Notes under the pieces: generated by a model
What the model saw: the letters and a program-made list of their open reading frames with translations, nothing else
Database searches by the model: none
Told to the model about the DNA's origin: nothing
Assembly (NCBI RefSeq): GCF_000143415.4
Contig: NW_003314275.1
Span: 2,399,419 to 2,463,418, forward strand
Reading direction: 5' to 3'
Source: Selaginella moellendorffii
Lineage: Eukaryota; Plantae; Lycopodiophyta
DNA: 64,000 nt
Translations under genes and position numbers: made by a program
Shown: positions 51,418-64,000 of the stretch, piece by piece
How positions within the stretch are numbered: the stretch's first letter is position 1
Layout of the letters: each line of letters opens with the position of its first letter

Positions 51418-51675
51418 ATGGCAAGCACAAAATCTGTAAGTGAGGCAAAAAAGGAGACGGAGAAGGAGATAGGTGAAGATGTAGAATATATAAGTCTTCC
51501 AAACTCCCCATACTATACTCCAGGTGATTATTTTTCTGAACAAACGGCAACATTAACAACTATTGAGAACGCCCCAGTAACGTCAGAGACAACAATCCAA
51601 AGCAAAACAACTGACCCGGAGAAGGATGATAGTACCGCTGAGAGTACCAAAAAGGAGGTGTCCACTAGCACTTAG
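51418..51675 (+). CDS. Possible small 85-aa Ser/Thr/Glu-rich cargo ORF of unknown function
   Basis: ATG downstream of a TTTTAG acceptor-like site; coding-like composition; flanked by palindromes; no recognisable domain. Confidence 0.35.
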   Translation: MASTKSVSEAKKETEKEIGEDVEYISLPNSPYYTPGDYFSEQTATLTTIENAPVTSETTIQSKTTDPEKDDSTAESTKKEVSTST

Positions 51676-53442
51676 GCTTATAATGGCGTGTGCCCTCATG
51701 CCATTTACTTGATCACCAAATACCTTTTTCCCTTTGCACTAGTATATCTTAATACCGGTCTGAGAAATAGAATGGCATGTGCCCTCAGGCCTTTTACTAA
51801 ATCACCTTTGAAAGAAATGCAAGCCTCTATGTCGTAAAAAAAAAGGTACTAGAGAAATTCCTTAATAATATGAATGTTATTTAGTTTCATGAAAATACAC
51901 TAAGGGTCAAATGAGTTAAATGACTTCTCCAGACTAGCAATGCCTCTTGCTACACCTTCACAATTAGATTCATTAGAAAAAGATAACATTGAATAATATC
52001 TAAATGTTCTCACCATTAAGTTATATGTCTGGCTAATAGGAATGACGTTCATCTTGGAAAGCTCACCACACGCTCAATGAACAAACAAATAGTGTGTGCG
52101 CGCATGCCATCGCTCTTCTTTAGCTTCAAATTCGGCTTGTTCACCTTGACAATGAGATTTATTATACAACCAGATGGACACAGTCTGGACATAAAGTCAC
52201 CGCGCTAGTCACCATGCCCTAGATATGTCTAGCCCCTGGACAAAAAACATATAATTTCACGTCATTTTCAAATACTTGAAAATTTGTACCTAGTCCCATT
52301 TTACTGAATAAATCCCACTTTAACGAAATAGAGCTTTTTTCCCAATTAGTAGGCTATTTGGGGTTAAATTTCTTTGGGTATTAGGTTGGGTGACCTTATG
52401 AGAAGTTCAAATTTAATGATGATGTAGTGACAATGGAGATGAGGATAAAGAAGCTCTGAATCAAACTCATATTCCACCATTTGATAACCAAGATCAAGCT
52501 CTAGTTTCACTACCAAACAATCATAAAATGGTAGCTTTTTTATTCATATGACTCTTCTATAGGTTTGTCTTGTTTTCCCAATAACACATTGAGGCATTGT
52601 GGGTGTCTTCATTGGCTTCTATAGTAGATTGCTGACATCTTTCACAAAAGAAGACATGAACATGGAAATACAACACTAGTTCGACCATTAGTGTTGAAAG
52701 ATATAAAAGCCCTTGCAAACTTCATTCTCTTCAACTTTCCAAATAGTCTTCAAATATTGATAGGAAAGTCAAGGACTAGAAACTTTCTCACACTCGACCA
52801 CCTGTGTGATATATTCTTCTTGTTATAAACATTTTTACTTGAAGTTAACTATGTCATTTTTATCTTACTAAACGACCCCAACTGGATGTATGAAGCAAAG
52901 GTTTATTTCAAGTCATTTTCCTTCGAATGCATCATGGATCCTATTGGCATTGATATTAGGGGCATTCAAAGTAAGCCTAAAAAGATGAGTAGGTATTTCA
53001 TATTTTATCTAATTTCTAAACTTTCTCATTTTCCAAGTTATGATGTGGACTGTTGCGAAAGTGACTTCAGGTATTAAAAGTTATCTATCGGCTAGTTTTT
53101 TTGGATATTCTTTCTTTATTGCCACGACGGCAAGCAGTATTGCTAAACCTTTTTTTTCAGTCTTCGCCTAAGCTAATTAGGAAACTGGTCTTTACGTATG
53201 CACTTGACCAGATGAGCATCAGGATGGAATTCCTAAGTGCTATTAGTTAAACATACTTGACTTTGTTAGAGAAACTCATTCATTGACTTGCACTTACTAA
53301 TGTTGGGAACCCTCGTAAAATTTTGCTTAGTCCCTCAATATTTGCCAAATGATAGTTTACCATGTCTGCCAAACACCCTCACTATCATATGCCTTCTGTT
53401 AGTACTATTCGGTTCCAAATGCTATTTATAGAAAGTGTGGTT

Positions 53443-54207
53443 NNNNNNNNNNNNNNNNNNNNNNNNNNNNNNNNNNNNNNNNNNNNNNNNNNNNNNNNNN
53501 NNNNNNNNNNNNNNNNNNNNNNNNNNNNNNNNNNNNNNNNNNNNNNNNNNNNNNNNNNNNNNNNNNNNNNNNNNNNNNNNNNNNNNNNNNNNNNNNNNNN
53601 NNNNNNNNNNNNNNNNNNNNNNNNNNNNNNNNNNNNNNNNNNNNNNNNNNNNNNNNNNNNNNNNNNNNNNNNNNNNNNNNNNNNNNNNNNNNNNNNNNNN
53701 NNNNNNNNNNNNNNNNNNNNNNNNNNNNNNNNNNNNNNNNNNNNNNNNNNNNNNNNNNNNNNNNNNNNNNNNNNNNNNNNNNNNNNNNNNNNNNNNNNNN
53801 NNNNNNNNNNNNNNNNNNNNNNNNNNNNNNNNNNNNNNNNNNNNNNNNNNNNNNNNNNNNNNNNNNNNNNNNNNNNNNNNNNNNNNNNNNNNNNNNNNNN
53901 NNNNNNNNNNNNNNNNNNNNNNNNNNNNNNNNNNNNNNNNNNNNNNNNNNNNNNNNNNNNNNNNNNNNNNNNNNNNNNNNNNNNNNNNNNNNNNNNNNNN
54001 NNNNNNNNNNNNNNNNNNNNNNNNNNNNNNNNNNNNNNNNNNNNNNNNNNNNNNNNNNNNNNNNNNNNNNNNNNNNNNNNNNNNNNNNNNNNNNNNNNNN
54101 NNNNNNNNNNNNNNNNNNNNNNNNNNNNNNNNNNNNNNNNNNNNNNNNNNNNNNNNNNNNNNNNNNNNNNNNNNNNNNNNNNNNNNNNNNNNNNNNNNNN
54201 NNNNNNN
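53443..54207. other. Assembly gap (765 N)
   Basis: N run; the paralogous interval (~23461-23688) is only ~230 bp. Confidence 0.99.
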
Positions 54208-56616
54208 TAGTGGGTAGTTAGTCTGGCCGACTAACTAAGGCATATTTAACTCTTATTTGCATGCGTATCTTTGTTTTGCATCCAACTTGGGTCTAAGTCC
54301 AAGTTCCATACCATGCTAATTAGTGAAATACCTATATCTTTACGTTAAGCCACTGGTATATTGAAATAGTGTCAAACTTTATTTGGGTCCATTTTGCATG
54401 CTAATCTTGGTATTAAAATGTTGAATGCTCTAAGACTATTCCTACATCACTCCATGCTCCTGTCTCTTCACTTTTTGGGCTGAATGCTCAAAAATCACAC
54501 CATACTCCAATTCTTTCACTCATTAGCTGCAAGTTTGGGAGTTTAGCTCCATATCTTCATTCAGTGGCCCAATGAGTGGCTTTAAAACTCGAGTTCCACT
54601 TTGTTGTCCATTGGATATGTGATATATAGCATATGGCATATAGAGGGTTTAGATTCCACTTTGTGGTTATTCTATGATAAATCACCATAAAATAAAGGGT
54701 GAAAACCACGTGTGTTACATGGACATATCATGCCTTTTACAAAAACATGCATAACAAGTTTCATGATAGTGAGTATGTAATATGCATTTTGCCTAGGTAT
54801 GATAGTTCTATTGACATCATAAGGAATATCACAAATGATTTTTTATGTGTGCAAAACCATTGTCTTTCAAGTGTGAATTTAGTGTATAAGTTTGCAAAAA
54901 AAAAAACCTTTTGGAACTTGACAATAGGATGTAGTAGGGGGATGCTAGTAATGGTTAAAGTTTGTGGGAGTTACTTTATAATAGACATAATATTGGTTCT
55001 GGGATCAAGTGTAATGTGTTTAATTTAAAATCAAATATATGACTAATGCTCTCTAAAGGTATATGCATTGGTAAGTTATTCATTAGAGAGGGGTTGTTTT
55101 TTTCAAGAGATCTTAAAGGAGCTCCCTTTGTAACCTTCAACATTGATTGTTACCGGAGATTTTAATTTTATCAAAGACAAATAAAACATTTTTATTTGTC
55201 ACCGAATTTATGTCATAATAATGAGAAACTAAATATTGCTATAGAATATAAAGACTTCTTGGATCACTGTTTTGTTAACAACATTAATCCTTAAAGATGT
55301 GGAATCAAGAAGCCTACATTATCAAAAAAACAATTTGAAAACACATACACTAATTATTGTATAAAAGAAAGCTAGGAAGTTAACAAATTCATGGTTAAAA
55401 TAACCAGTGAGCTCCATGAAAAAAACATAGACTAAGTGAAGGAGAAGATCTAATAAAATATAAGTCATTAAAAGGGATATAAAAGCTATCAAAATATTGA
55501 TCAAGCAACAACAAAAAAGTTCTACATTTTAAACCTAACTATCAAAAATAAAGGAGTAATTGTTTACTTTAGAAGCAGAAAAAATGGAGGCATTAATTAA
55601 ATTTAGATATTTAAAATGGTTTATAGTGAAAACTTGTTCTATAAGGACTTTTACAAGTCAATACATCTCTTTTATGGATGATTATGATATGATGCACATA
55701 AGCCTCCAAAAAATGCACAAGATAATGAAATATTATTAATAGCTATTTAAAACAAACCCTTGAATTAAAAACATTAGGATTGGATTGGGCCAGAGTTATT
55801 ACACATATGGAATAATATGATAGCAATTGGAAGATGGCCACATTGAGCAATTGTTAAGATTATATCACTTATACACAAACATGGTGATACAACTCTTATC
55901 AGGAGGCTAGAAATGGCACAACATTGACAATTTTTAACCTTAATAATCAATATTTATAAATTGAATTAAGTTTAGTTATAATTTATATTGCTTAACTTCC
56001 TTTTGTGTTTCCTTTTCATCATTTTCTTGTAATCAAACTCTATTGAGATTGATTGAGATAAGGGGATTGCCATTAGCAATAACCTTATCTCAATTATAGT
56101 TATTACATGGATTTACAAGATCATGTTTTTTATATCAAAACTGATAAATAAGTATATATATATTTTTAAAAAGGATGCAAACAAGAAGTATATTACAAAA
56201 TTTAGAAAATATTGTTGTTCTTCATGTTACCATCATTTTATATGAAACTAAAAATTTAACTTATAATTTTTTAAAATAATATAAAACTAAAGTATTTTAT
56301 TACTTTCATTTTGAATAAATATATTTAAAATTTTTAAATTTTCTTTTATCATCTACATATCAGAAATATTTCGAAATAAATATTTAGATAAATATGTAAA
56401 AGGTTGGATGCTTGACGGTAGATTAGCATCAATCCTACTCAACACCTGATACTTAAGCTCAAGATGGCAAAACTTAAAAAACAATTTACAGATAAGAGAT
56501 GACTTTATCACTATTTTATGCTTTAGTGAAATTTCCTGCAATCTTTGCAACTTAGGTTCAACTTAAATTTCAGCAGATTGACCTAGGTCATGGATTGCAT
56601 GCCTCTCCTGGGGACT

Positions 56617-58208
56617 CTTGCTCTTCATTACAAATGTAGTTCTTCAACCACAAAAAACCTGAGCGATTCTCCAGGTTTGTTGTAAAACCACCTGAATTCT
56701 ATGTTCTCTTCCTTGGCAGTGCTGGAGTTATTCCACTGCATATCCAGCCGACACGAAGCTATCTCGACCTGGAGCACATCTCCATGGCGGTTCCCTTCAT
56801 GACCTATGCACTAACATCATCCAAAGAATGTCTACCCTCTTATAACACTCTCCCGTACGTTTCGTATTTGGCGACTGACTGGGGAAAGCACGTCCCAAGT
56901 GCGCAGATACTAAGAGATTCAGTGTTGATGGAGTGCACTCTCAAGGGGCGAATGAGTCTCAATCCCAAGTGATTGGAGGTCCAAAGTCAAAGATTCTGAG
57001 GTAGCATCGATGTTCAAGCTCCGAGGCAATGGTATGAAAGAAAGACAATAAGCACAGAAAGGCATCACACAAATTTCCCCGTGTCTCATCCATCCTTGAA
57101 GCAGCCCGTCATAGGCAGTCGATTGACAAGCCGAAAGGACCAAGCGACTTGGCCAACTGTCGACGAGAACCAACCGCCATGAAACTTTCCAACGCCAGAG
57201 AGACCAAGCGCTTTGGCCATCCCCAGTGAAAGATTGTTAACGACAGGCCACAACTAGACGAACGAGACCACGGAACAAGAAAACATAGAAAGCAGTTCAA
57301 ATGTAACAACTCTGCTAGCCAATACGAATTAGTGCCAGCACGAGAAAGTACCTGATAAGGACCAATCCAAGAAGGCTGGAACTTGGCAAAGTGATGCACA
57401 GCCGTATCAAGTCGCCACACAAGACGAATTTACGAATATAAGACTGAAAGCGCTGGTTAAACTGCCGCAGCGATTCTGGTGGTTGTTGTCCAATGAGATC
57501 AAGCTCGTCCTTGCTCTCCAGAACTTCAAACCTCGTCACAAAAAGTTTGGTCAGTGAGTCGAGAAGTCAAGAAAGAAAGACTTAAACAGGATGATAGCCA
57601 CTGTGTGCGCATCCAAGGCTCTCAAATTCTGCCCAAGAACTGTTGTCCCAGCCATGGTTTTGGGTTTTCTCAGTCCAGGACATCACACCCTCCCCCCAGG
57701 GGCATCCTGGATGCATGCGAAGCAGAATTTCCTCTTTTCCTACCAAGGACACGACCCCAAATCACGAACGATCCCCACATCATGACCCATACCTCCCAAC
57801 CTTGAGCTCGTTCCCGGCGGTAGCAGAAAAGCGACCAGGTGATGTGCCAAATGCCTCATTTATTGGAAAATGGGGTACAAAAGGAATGCCTACCCTAAAC
57901 TCTTTCTCTCTCTAGTCCAGATCACCCCGTACATTTTCCGTACGTTCTAGAAAGCCAACCAGTCCAAAGTTGTGGGAACAGCTGTTTAGCTGGTACCTCC
58001 GTTTGCTGATGGTAGCAACTGCCATTTCCTATGCTGTTCTTGGGAGAAATGCACGATACACTATTAGTACCACTCAATGGAGTGAACATGATGATAGCTG
58101 ATTGGAAAATCTGCATCAACATCGGTTCGAATTATAGTTAGCGAAGAGATAGCAGACTATTTGTATGCCAGTGTTGGGATCAACCAGTGGAACCTGTTCT
58201 TGACAATG
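56617..58208 (-). repeat. Inverted paralog of ~10433-12410 with internal indels
   Basis: Reverse-complement identity; lacks ~11355-11700. Confidence 0.85.
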
Positions 58209-59349
58209 ATAATGAAGGGAAAAAAATAGACCAATAGGTTACCTGTGTTGAACCCGAGATTTGCTTGAGCTTGGAGCAATTAAGTGACCCTTTGCCCGTG
58301 TAAGGAAGTTCCAGGTCGCACAGGGCTTCTCTTAGCAGCCTTGCAAACTACCAAAAACTTTTAGAATTCTTTGAAAACAAAGCACTTTACATGGTTGTTC
58401 GAGTAGAGCTCAAGTAGCTTCTGTGGAGGATTTGGCAATGCTCCATTCCACAGTGACATGCCTCCCCCTGCTCGTATTATTGTCAGCACCCAGCCAGTGA
58501 CTAAAGTGCTGGAACACACTATGATGAAATACCGAAGAGTTTACACTTCAATAAAACTTCTTACCTTTCTAAAATCCCGAATGTTGGCTTGCTTCTCTCA
58601 CCATATTCCTGGAACAAGTAGTTGACAATATCGGCTGCCAGAGGCATTCATGCAAGCTGATTGTGATGGAAAGAAAACAAGAAAGTTACTCACAGCTCTC
58701 GTACATTGACATGCCGGTGTTTGGATCCAAGAGAAATGGAAACCTGTCATATTCGATGAGAATTTGTTACAGACAAGAGTGTATCACTTACTGCTCTTTG
58801 CCTCCAGACGATTTCACAAACGCACGATGGACTCGAGATCCTTTGGGGCACGGATACAACTACACAAAAATTAAAAAAGTTTCCATCTGCAACTTCTGCG
58901 AGACACTACCTTGGCAGAAAGATCGTGCTTCTCTCACTCGTCTACAGAAGGGACAGGCCTCTATATACAAACAAGAAAAATCAACAAACAACTGCAATAC
59001 AAGAGTTTAAGCTTACCGAATTTGTAGAGCTTGAAGAGCTCAAGTTGAAGGTACGATCTGTGTCTTGACGTTCTCTCCCAAGGCGGCCTTGCCAAGCTTC
59101 CAATTCCCCAAGACAGAAGATGTTTGATGGCAGAAAAAAAAGATAATTACATACCCATATACCTGTTTTTGATAGTAGCAGAGACACTGGGCTCTTTCCT
59201 CGCACATAGAGGGGATATAAAAGGCCTGGTGCTGCCCTCTGAACAACTACAACTTCTGGGAACTCAAGTTGTGACACAAGAGTTGTAGGATGGGGCATTT
59301 GCAGATGATATTGCACTTTTCCTGCTCGCCACCCTAGGGAACCTGGACG

Positions 59350-61700
59350 CAGCAAGGTCCAAGCTCAAGATCTTCAGCATGGCAGCGGGAGTAGCTATAA
59401 ACTGGAACAAGTTAGTAGGAGTGAACTGGGGAAAGCCAAGCATCGAGGCTTGGGGACAAGAGATAGGATATCAGTGGCGAAGACACTCGGTACCTCAGCA
59501 TCCAGGTTGGGGTCCAGTACAGTGTGGCCACACAGGATGATACACTACTCAGGAGGATCTGGACTGCAGTTTAGAAATGAACACTGAGGAAACTCGGGCT
59601 CCCAGCTTGGATCGTAGTAGTCAAGGGCATGATCCTCCCTAACATCTGGTACCACCTCTCGATTTGGCCGGTGTTGGAAACTACATTGTAGAAGGTGTGA
59701 TAGATGGTGCGAACCTACGTATAGCATGGAGCATTGGTTACAGGGCGAACCATGGCCAAGGTGGCATGGCAGTCTACAGCGAGGCCGTGCATCCTAGGAG
59801 AGCTTGGGATCATTGACCCCAGTGACATGGTGGTGTTGAGGTACAAGATTTTTCTTATGGGACTGCAACAGGGGAGACAGCCGTGGCAACTCATGTTTTG
59901 GCAGAGCCTCCTAGTGATACACCCCAAACACAATGCAGCCAAACCCTGGGAGGAGGACCCACGGTGGCTCTTCGTAAAAGGACCAACTCAAGTAGTGAAA
60001 GGGGGCAACTTCATCCAGAGCCTTCACCGACTGTGGAAAGCCTTTCCGCTGGAGCAAGTACCACCGACCAGGGCCGAGGAGTGGCTTAACCAGTCTCTGT
60101 TTTTCAATACATTGTTCAAAGTGGGAGGTGTGACACTAGGACGAGAGACTCACCACACAATCTGGAGAAAAATGCATGCAAACGGCTTCTGGACCATGAA
60201 ACAACTGGCGGGAATGATTGACAGGGATTGGTGGTGAACAGCAAGAAGGACTCAAGTTTTTGGACCTTGGAAGTGATGCAACATCCTGCTAGACGTTCTG
60301 CGACTCCTCCGGGTGGTGAACGACACGAAAGCAGGGACAAAGTGGCCGAGAAGATGCCTTAAAGCAGGGGACTTTGTGGCAATTTAGTAGCAAACAGAGT
60401 GGGAGGAGCACGATGCAGTGCGACATCTGTTGGGGAAGTGGACTCGATCATTCACTACACCTACACCAGCATGGGAAGAAGGGGATGTTGAGGCGTGGTT
60501 CGTCGCTGCACCAGAGCACAACATAGGATGGCCTTTTTGCGTCACAAGAGGAGATATGCTCCTCCCAATGGGTGAGAGACAAGTGATGCTGGACGTCATG
60601 GACGATGAGGTATGTGGGAGGATTCGTGTGCTTAGGCAGTCACCCAAGAGGCTAGACGTGGTGGAATCAGAAGACCTGCTAGAGGGCGATGGACCACTGA
60701 TATGGTGGTGACAGCAGCTGCTTGAAGATCTGGACTGGGACCCTGCCACATGGTGACGAGGGATGGGAAGCTTTTTCTCATGTGCAGTCAAGGAAGCGCG
60801 GAATGGACTACTGACATCGTGGGAGGAGGCAAGAGAGGAGATTTCAAAGCTATGGCAAAAGTGGATAGCATAGGGGGTTGACACGGAGCAAGTGGTGGAC
60901 AACACGATTCACTTCTAGAAGCTGCCCGTGCAGGAAAAAGTGAAAGTCACCTCCTGGTTGGTAGCGAACAACGGTCTCCCGGTTGGACAGCAATTCCAGG
61001 ATGACGCGAGTCACATATGCAGGGAGTGTGGTGAAATCGAGACAATCAAGCATGCATTGTGGGAGTGCGACACTACAAAGGAGGTGTGGCGCCAGATCAT
61101 TAAGGTAGGGAAAGAGCTAGGCGTTACACAGGATTTTGAGGCCCACAGTGGGGATGTGCTCCACTGGTTTGAGGGAGCGAGGGGTCTTGCTTAGGGCCTA
61201 GCCCTGCAACACATCAGGTGCAAAGGACGACACAGTTGGGGGATTCAGGTCCACTAGGACATGACTGGGGTGGAGATAGGAGTCCCCGTGTGGGAGGCAC
61301 TTGGCCATGCTTGATGGGTGGTATGGCGTGTGATGAGAGTCCAAGCCCTTTGGGAAGCACGTAACCGGGTGCACTTCGACGGGATATAGGTCAAAGTATC
61401 ACAGGTACTAGCAGAATGGTGGAGACTTACATTGGGGGCAGTACGACTTCACCATGCTATCCTCCAAGACAGGGGGAGGCTCGAGAGGCTCGAGGAGTGG
61501 CAGAAAGCATGGCTACCATGTTTCGGTGAAGGAGACCACAATAAGGTTCATTGGAGATGGCACCCCCTAGAGTCAATCTTGCAGTTAGCACAAAGGGGGG
61601 ACTTGGATCTGGATGCGACACAATGAAGGCAACAGTAGCCACTTGTATTGTAGGCTTAGTCTCACTTTAGATGAAGGAGATCTCCACTAGATAACGTGAC
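59350..61700 (+). mobile_element. 5'-truncated, degenerate L1-type plant LINE (RT tail to ORF2 stop at 61626)
   Basis: LKIFSMAAGVAINWNK end-of-RT motif, AKVAW...GELGIID, Trp-rich ORF2 tail, CRECGEIETIKHALWEC knuckle; several stops. Boundaries approximate. Confidence 0.8.
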
Positions 61701-62139
61701 CTTTGGGCAGCATGCCTGGTTTTTGTATTAATCCCTATAGGGCATTGGGGAATGTATATACATGTTTCACTGAATGGTATTAACACAAAGTGTATGATAG
61801 CAAGGGTGTTTGGCAAACACGGTAAGCTATCATCTGACAAATATTGAGGGACCAAGCTTAATATCATAGGGCAACACTAGTAAGTGCAAGTCAATGAATG
61901 AGTTTCTTTAACTAAGTCAAATATATTTTACTAATAGCATTTAGGAATTCTGTCTTGATGCTCATCTAGTCAAGTGCATACGCAAAGACCAATTTCCTAA
62001 CTAGCTTAGGCGGAGATTAAAAAAAAGATATTTTTTGACCTCTTGCTATCATGGTAGTAAGGAAAGAATATCCACAAGGATTAACTAACAGGTAACTTTT
62101 GATACCTAAAGTCATATTTGCAACAGTTCACATCATAAC

Positions 62140-64000
62140 TGTAGGCGACTAATTTTTCCATTCTACTTTAGTCACTTAACCACACCTCCGACCACTTGGA
62201 GGAGTCTCATTCACAACCTCCATAAGTCCAACTCAGGACTTGGGGCTTGCTAGCCCCAAGAATGGCATCCGTGCCACTCAACCTTAGCACGTGGTCCAAG
62301 TGCTCCACGTGTCTGATCCCTTGATCAACACCCCAAGGTACCACCGACGTATCGGCCTGTTATGCTAAGGCCATGCCCATTTACCTTGGTCACACTGGTG
62401 GTCCAACACCACCTGCATTCCAATCCCGTCTCTCCAAGACTGGGTCATCCGTCCATGAGTGATCATCCCAGATCCACTCCTTAACATCCTTAGGATGCCT
62501 ACAGACATGGGGAATAGCCTTCCCCAATATCTCTATTCCGGTCCCCACCAAGTCCCTTTCTGTCCTTGGTTGTGTTCGCCAACACTGCCACTGGATCAAG
62601 GCCCACCGGCCCAACCACTAAGTCCCACTATCCTCTAGGACTTCCTCACCATGTGACCGTATCCTTGGTCACTACATTAGAGGCCTACTCCTCTTCCCTT
62701 TCACCGTTTGGGACTTTGGGACAACATTTCGGAACACCGTGGCCTTACGCAAGCCTCATGGGTACTCTCCCCGCCTTTCGCCTTTAGGTGCTCTAGCCAT
62801 GGGCTTAGAGCGAGGTTCCGTTGAGCCACGACAGGTATCCAAGTAGGTAGTGCCACCCACACTTGGACTGGGAGCATCGGCCAGTCGATCTCCCGGGGGA
62901 ACTAGAGCCGGCTCTTGAACACTTCACCAAGCTACCCCGCTTGTCGGTCTGTGTTCACTCTAGTCTTGGACTTCCCAGTGGGCAGCTCATCACCCAACAT
63001 TGGGTCTGGCCTTCTTGGGCCAAACTGGCCTTTCCTGGCCAAATTGGCTCCACTGCAGTCCTCCCCCCTACTATACTTTTGGAGCTCACCAAACCCCCCA
63101 GGGTCTGGGAGACGAACGCTTTGGGCTTTCACCCTCTCAGACTCGAACTCGGACTCGGACTCGGACTCGGACTCAGACTCAGACTCGGACTCGGGCTCGG
63201 GCTCGGTCTCGGCCTCGGCCTTGGTCTCGGTCTCGGTCCCGATCTCGGTCTCGGTCTCAGTCTCGGTCTCGGTCTCAGTCCCGGTTCCATCTCGGACTCC
63301 ATCTCGGGTCCATCTCGGACTCCATCTCGGACTCCATCTCGGGTCCATCTCGGACTCCATCTCGGACTCCATCTCGGGTCCATCTCGGACTCCATCTCGG
63401 ACTCCATCTCGGGTCCATCTCGGACTTCTTCTCGGACACTTCCACGTGTCATGTGTTGGTCCTTTTTGGGTCCCTTTTTGGAGCCTTGCCTATGGCTCGC
63501 TTCGTGCTCATTCCTCGAGCACTTCTTTGGGAGTTCCACTCCCGCTCTTGACTTTTCAAGTCGGAGCTTTTGGTCCAAACGTATTACGCTCGTTTGGCTC
63601 TCGCTTCGGCCACTACCATGTGGCGCCCTTCCGGCTCCACTTTGGGGCCTAGGGATTTTGTGTCTCACAACTCCACCACCCATAGACAAAGTTCAATGTC
63701 CTCATCGAATGGTAAACCATTTTGTAAAGTAACACTCGCATGTGTTACCATTTCCATCCTTGGCACTCAGCCAATATTTGTCTATGGTTGGACATTGAAG
63801 GCTCACCATGCCTTATCCATCCTCCAAGGAGCATAGTCCCTCCAACATAGAGACTCATTTGACCACTTGTGGTGGTTCTTTCCTTTTATTGGTTTAGTTC
63901 TCACTAAACCTGTTAGAGACACCTTCTCTAACTTAATTCCACTACTCATTCTCGAGTAATCTCAGATTCCATCGACATAACCTTTGCACTTTAGAACTTT
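62140..64000 (-). mobile_element. Second, more diverged member of the LARD-like family: LTR 62140-63669 plus interior running off the window
   Basis: TGTAGGCGACT...GTGTCTCACA, collinear with 29830-~31900. Confidence 0.9.

Larger units (their letters stand above)
40230..52110. repeat. Dispersed 22-bp palindrome ATGGCRTGWGGCCWCAYGCCAT, ~27 full or partial copies
   Basis: Starts at 40230, 41307, 41382, 42597, 42788, 42929, 44401, 45678, 45738, 45815, 46540, 46675, 46903, 46975, 47590, 47688, 47758, 47859, 47895, 47965, 49811, 49868, 51210, 51276, 51683, 51772 and 52089. Confidence 0.92.
39844..52336. mobile_element. 12.5-kb TIR DNA transposon, Sola-like, carrying cargo genes
   Basis: Perfect 24-bp TIR AAGCTCTATTTCGTTAAAGTGGGA (39844-39867 / 52313-52336). 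Flanks rejoin to the paralogous empty site at 22331-22348; 6 T left plus 4 T right versus 6 T in the empty site gives a 4-bp TTTT TSD. DDD-type transposase inside. Boundaries are firm; the superfamily call is less so. Confidence 0.9.

Noticed and set aside
39844-52336. Classification as CACTA, hAT, Mutator or piggyBac
   Set aside because: Termini are AAGCTC rather than CACTA. The inferred TSD is TTTT, not 3, 8 or 9 bp or TTAA, and the transposase motifs (DNxxxENKN, GHTHEDxD) fit a Sola-like DDD enzyme better.
53362-54217. Long ORFs of 282 and 260 aa (also 7164-7382 and 16374-16805)
   Set aside because: Artefacts of N runs.
58663-59010. 115-aa ORF upstream of the LINE
   Set aside because: No recognisable motif or gene structure; cannot be supported.

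Overview
This window is repeat-rich, methylation-decayed eukaryotic DNA, most likely from a non-seed land plant (plant LINE and LRR relics, Tcn1/sushi-type chromoviruses, introns of about 50 nt). No intact host gene is visible. The backbone is a segmentally duplicated mosaic whose first ~16 kb is inverted relative to the rest. Into it are nested a short-LTR Ty3/Gypsy element (2252-7383), chromovirus copies sharing one GAGTG insertion site, a young non-autonomous LTR element (29830-37378, with a relative from 62140) and LINE fragments. The standout is a 12.5-kb cut-and-paste DNA transposon (39844-52336) with 24-bp TIRs, an inferred 4-bp TTTT TSD and a Sola-like DDD transposase. Divergent from the transposase it carries cargo encoding a ParB/Srx-like domain, a degenerate beta-class amino-methyltransferase-like domain and, through a chain of tiny phase-1 introns, an FCP1/SCP-type HAD phosphatase-like domain. 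The element also holds about 27 copies of a 22-bp palindrome (ATGGCATGAGGCCTCATGCCAT consensus), several inside its mini-introns. This suggests a transposon-encoded ParB/parS-like self-recognition or anti-silencing system. All domain calls are from motif recognition by eye, not database searches.
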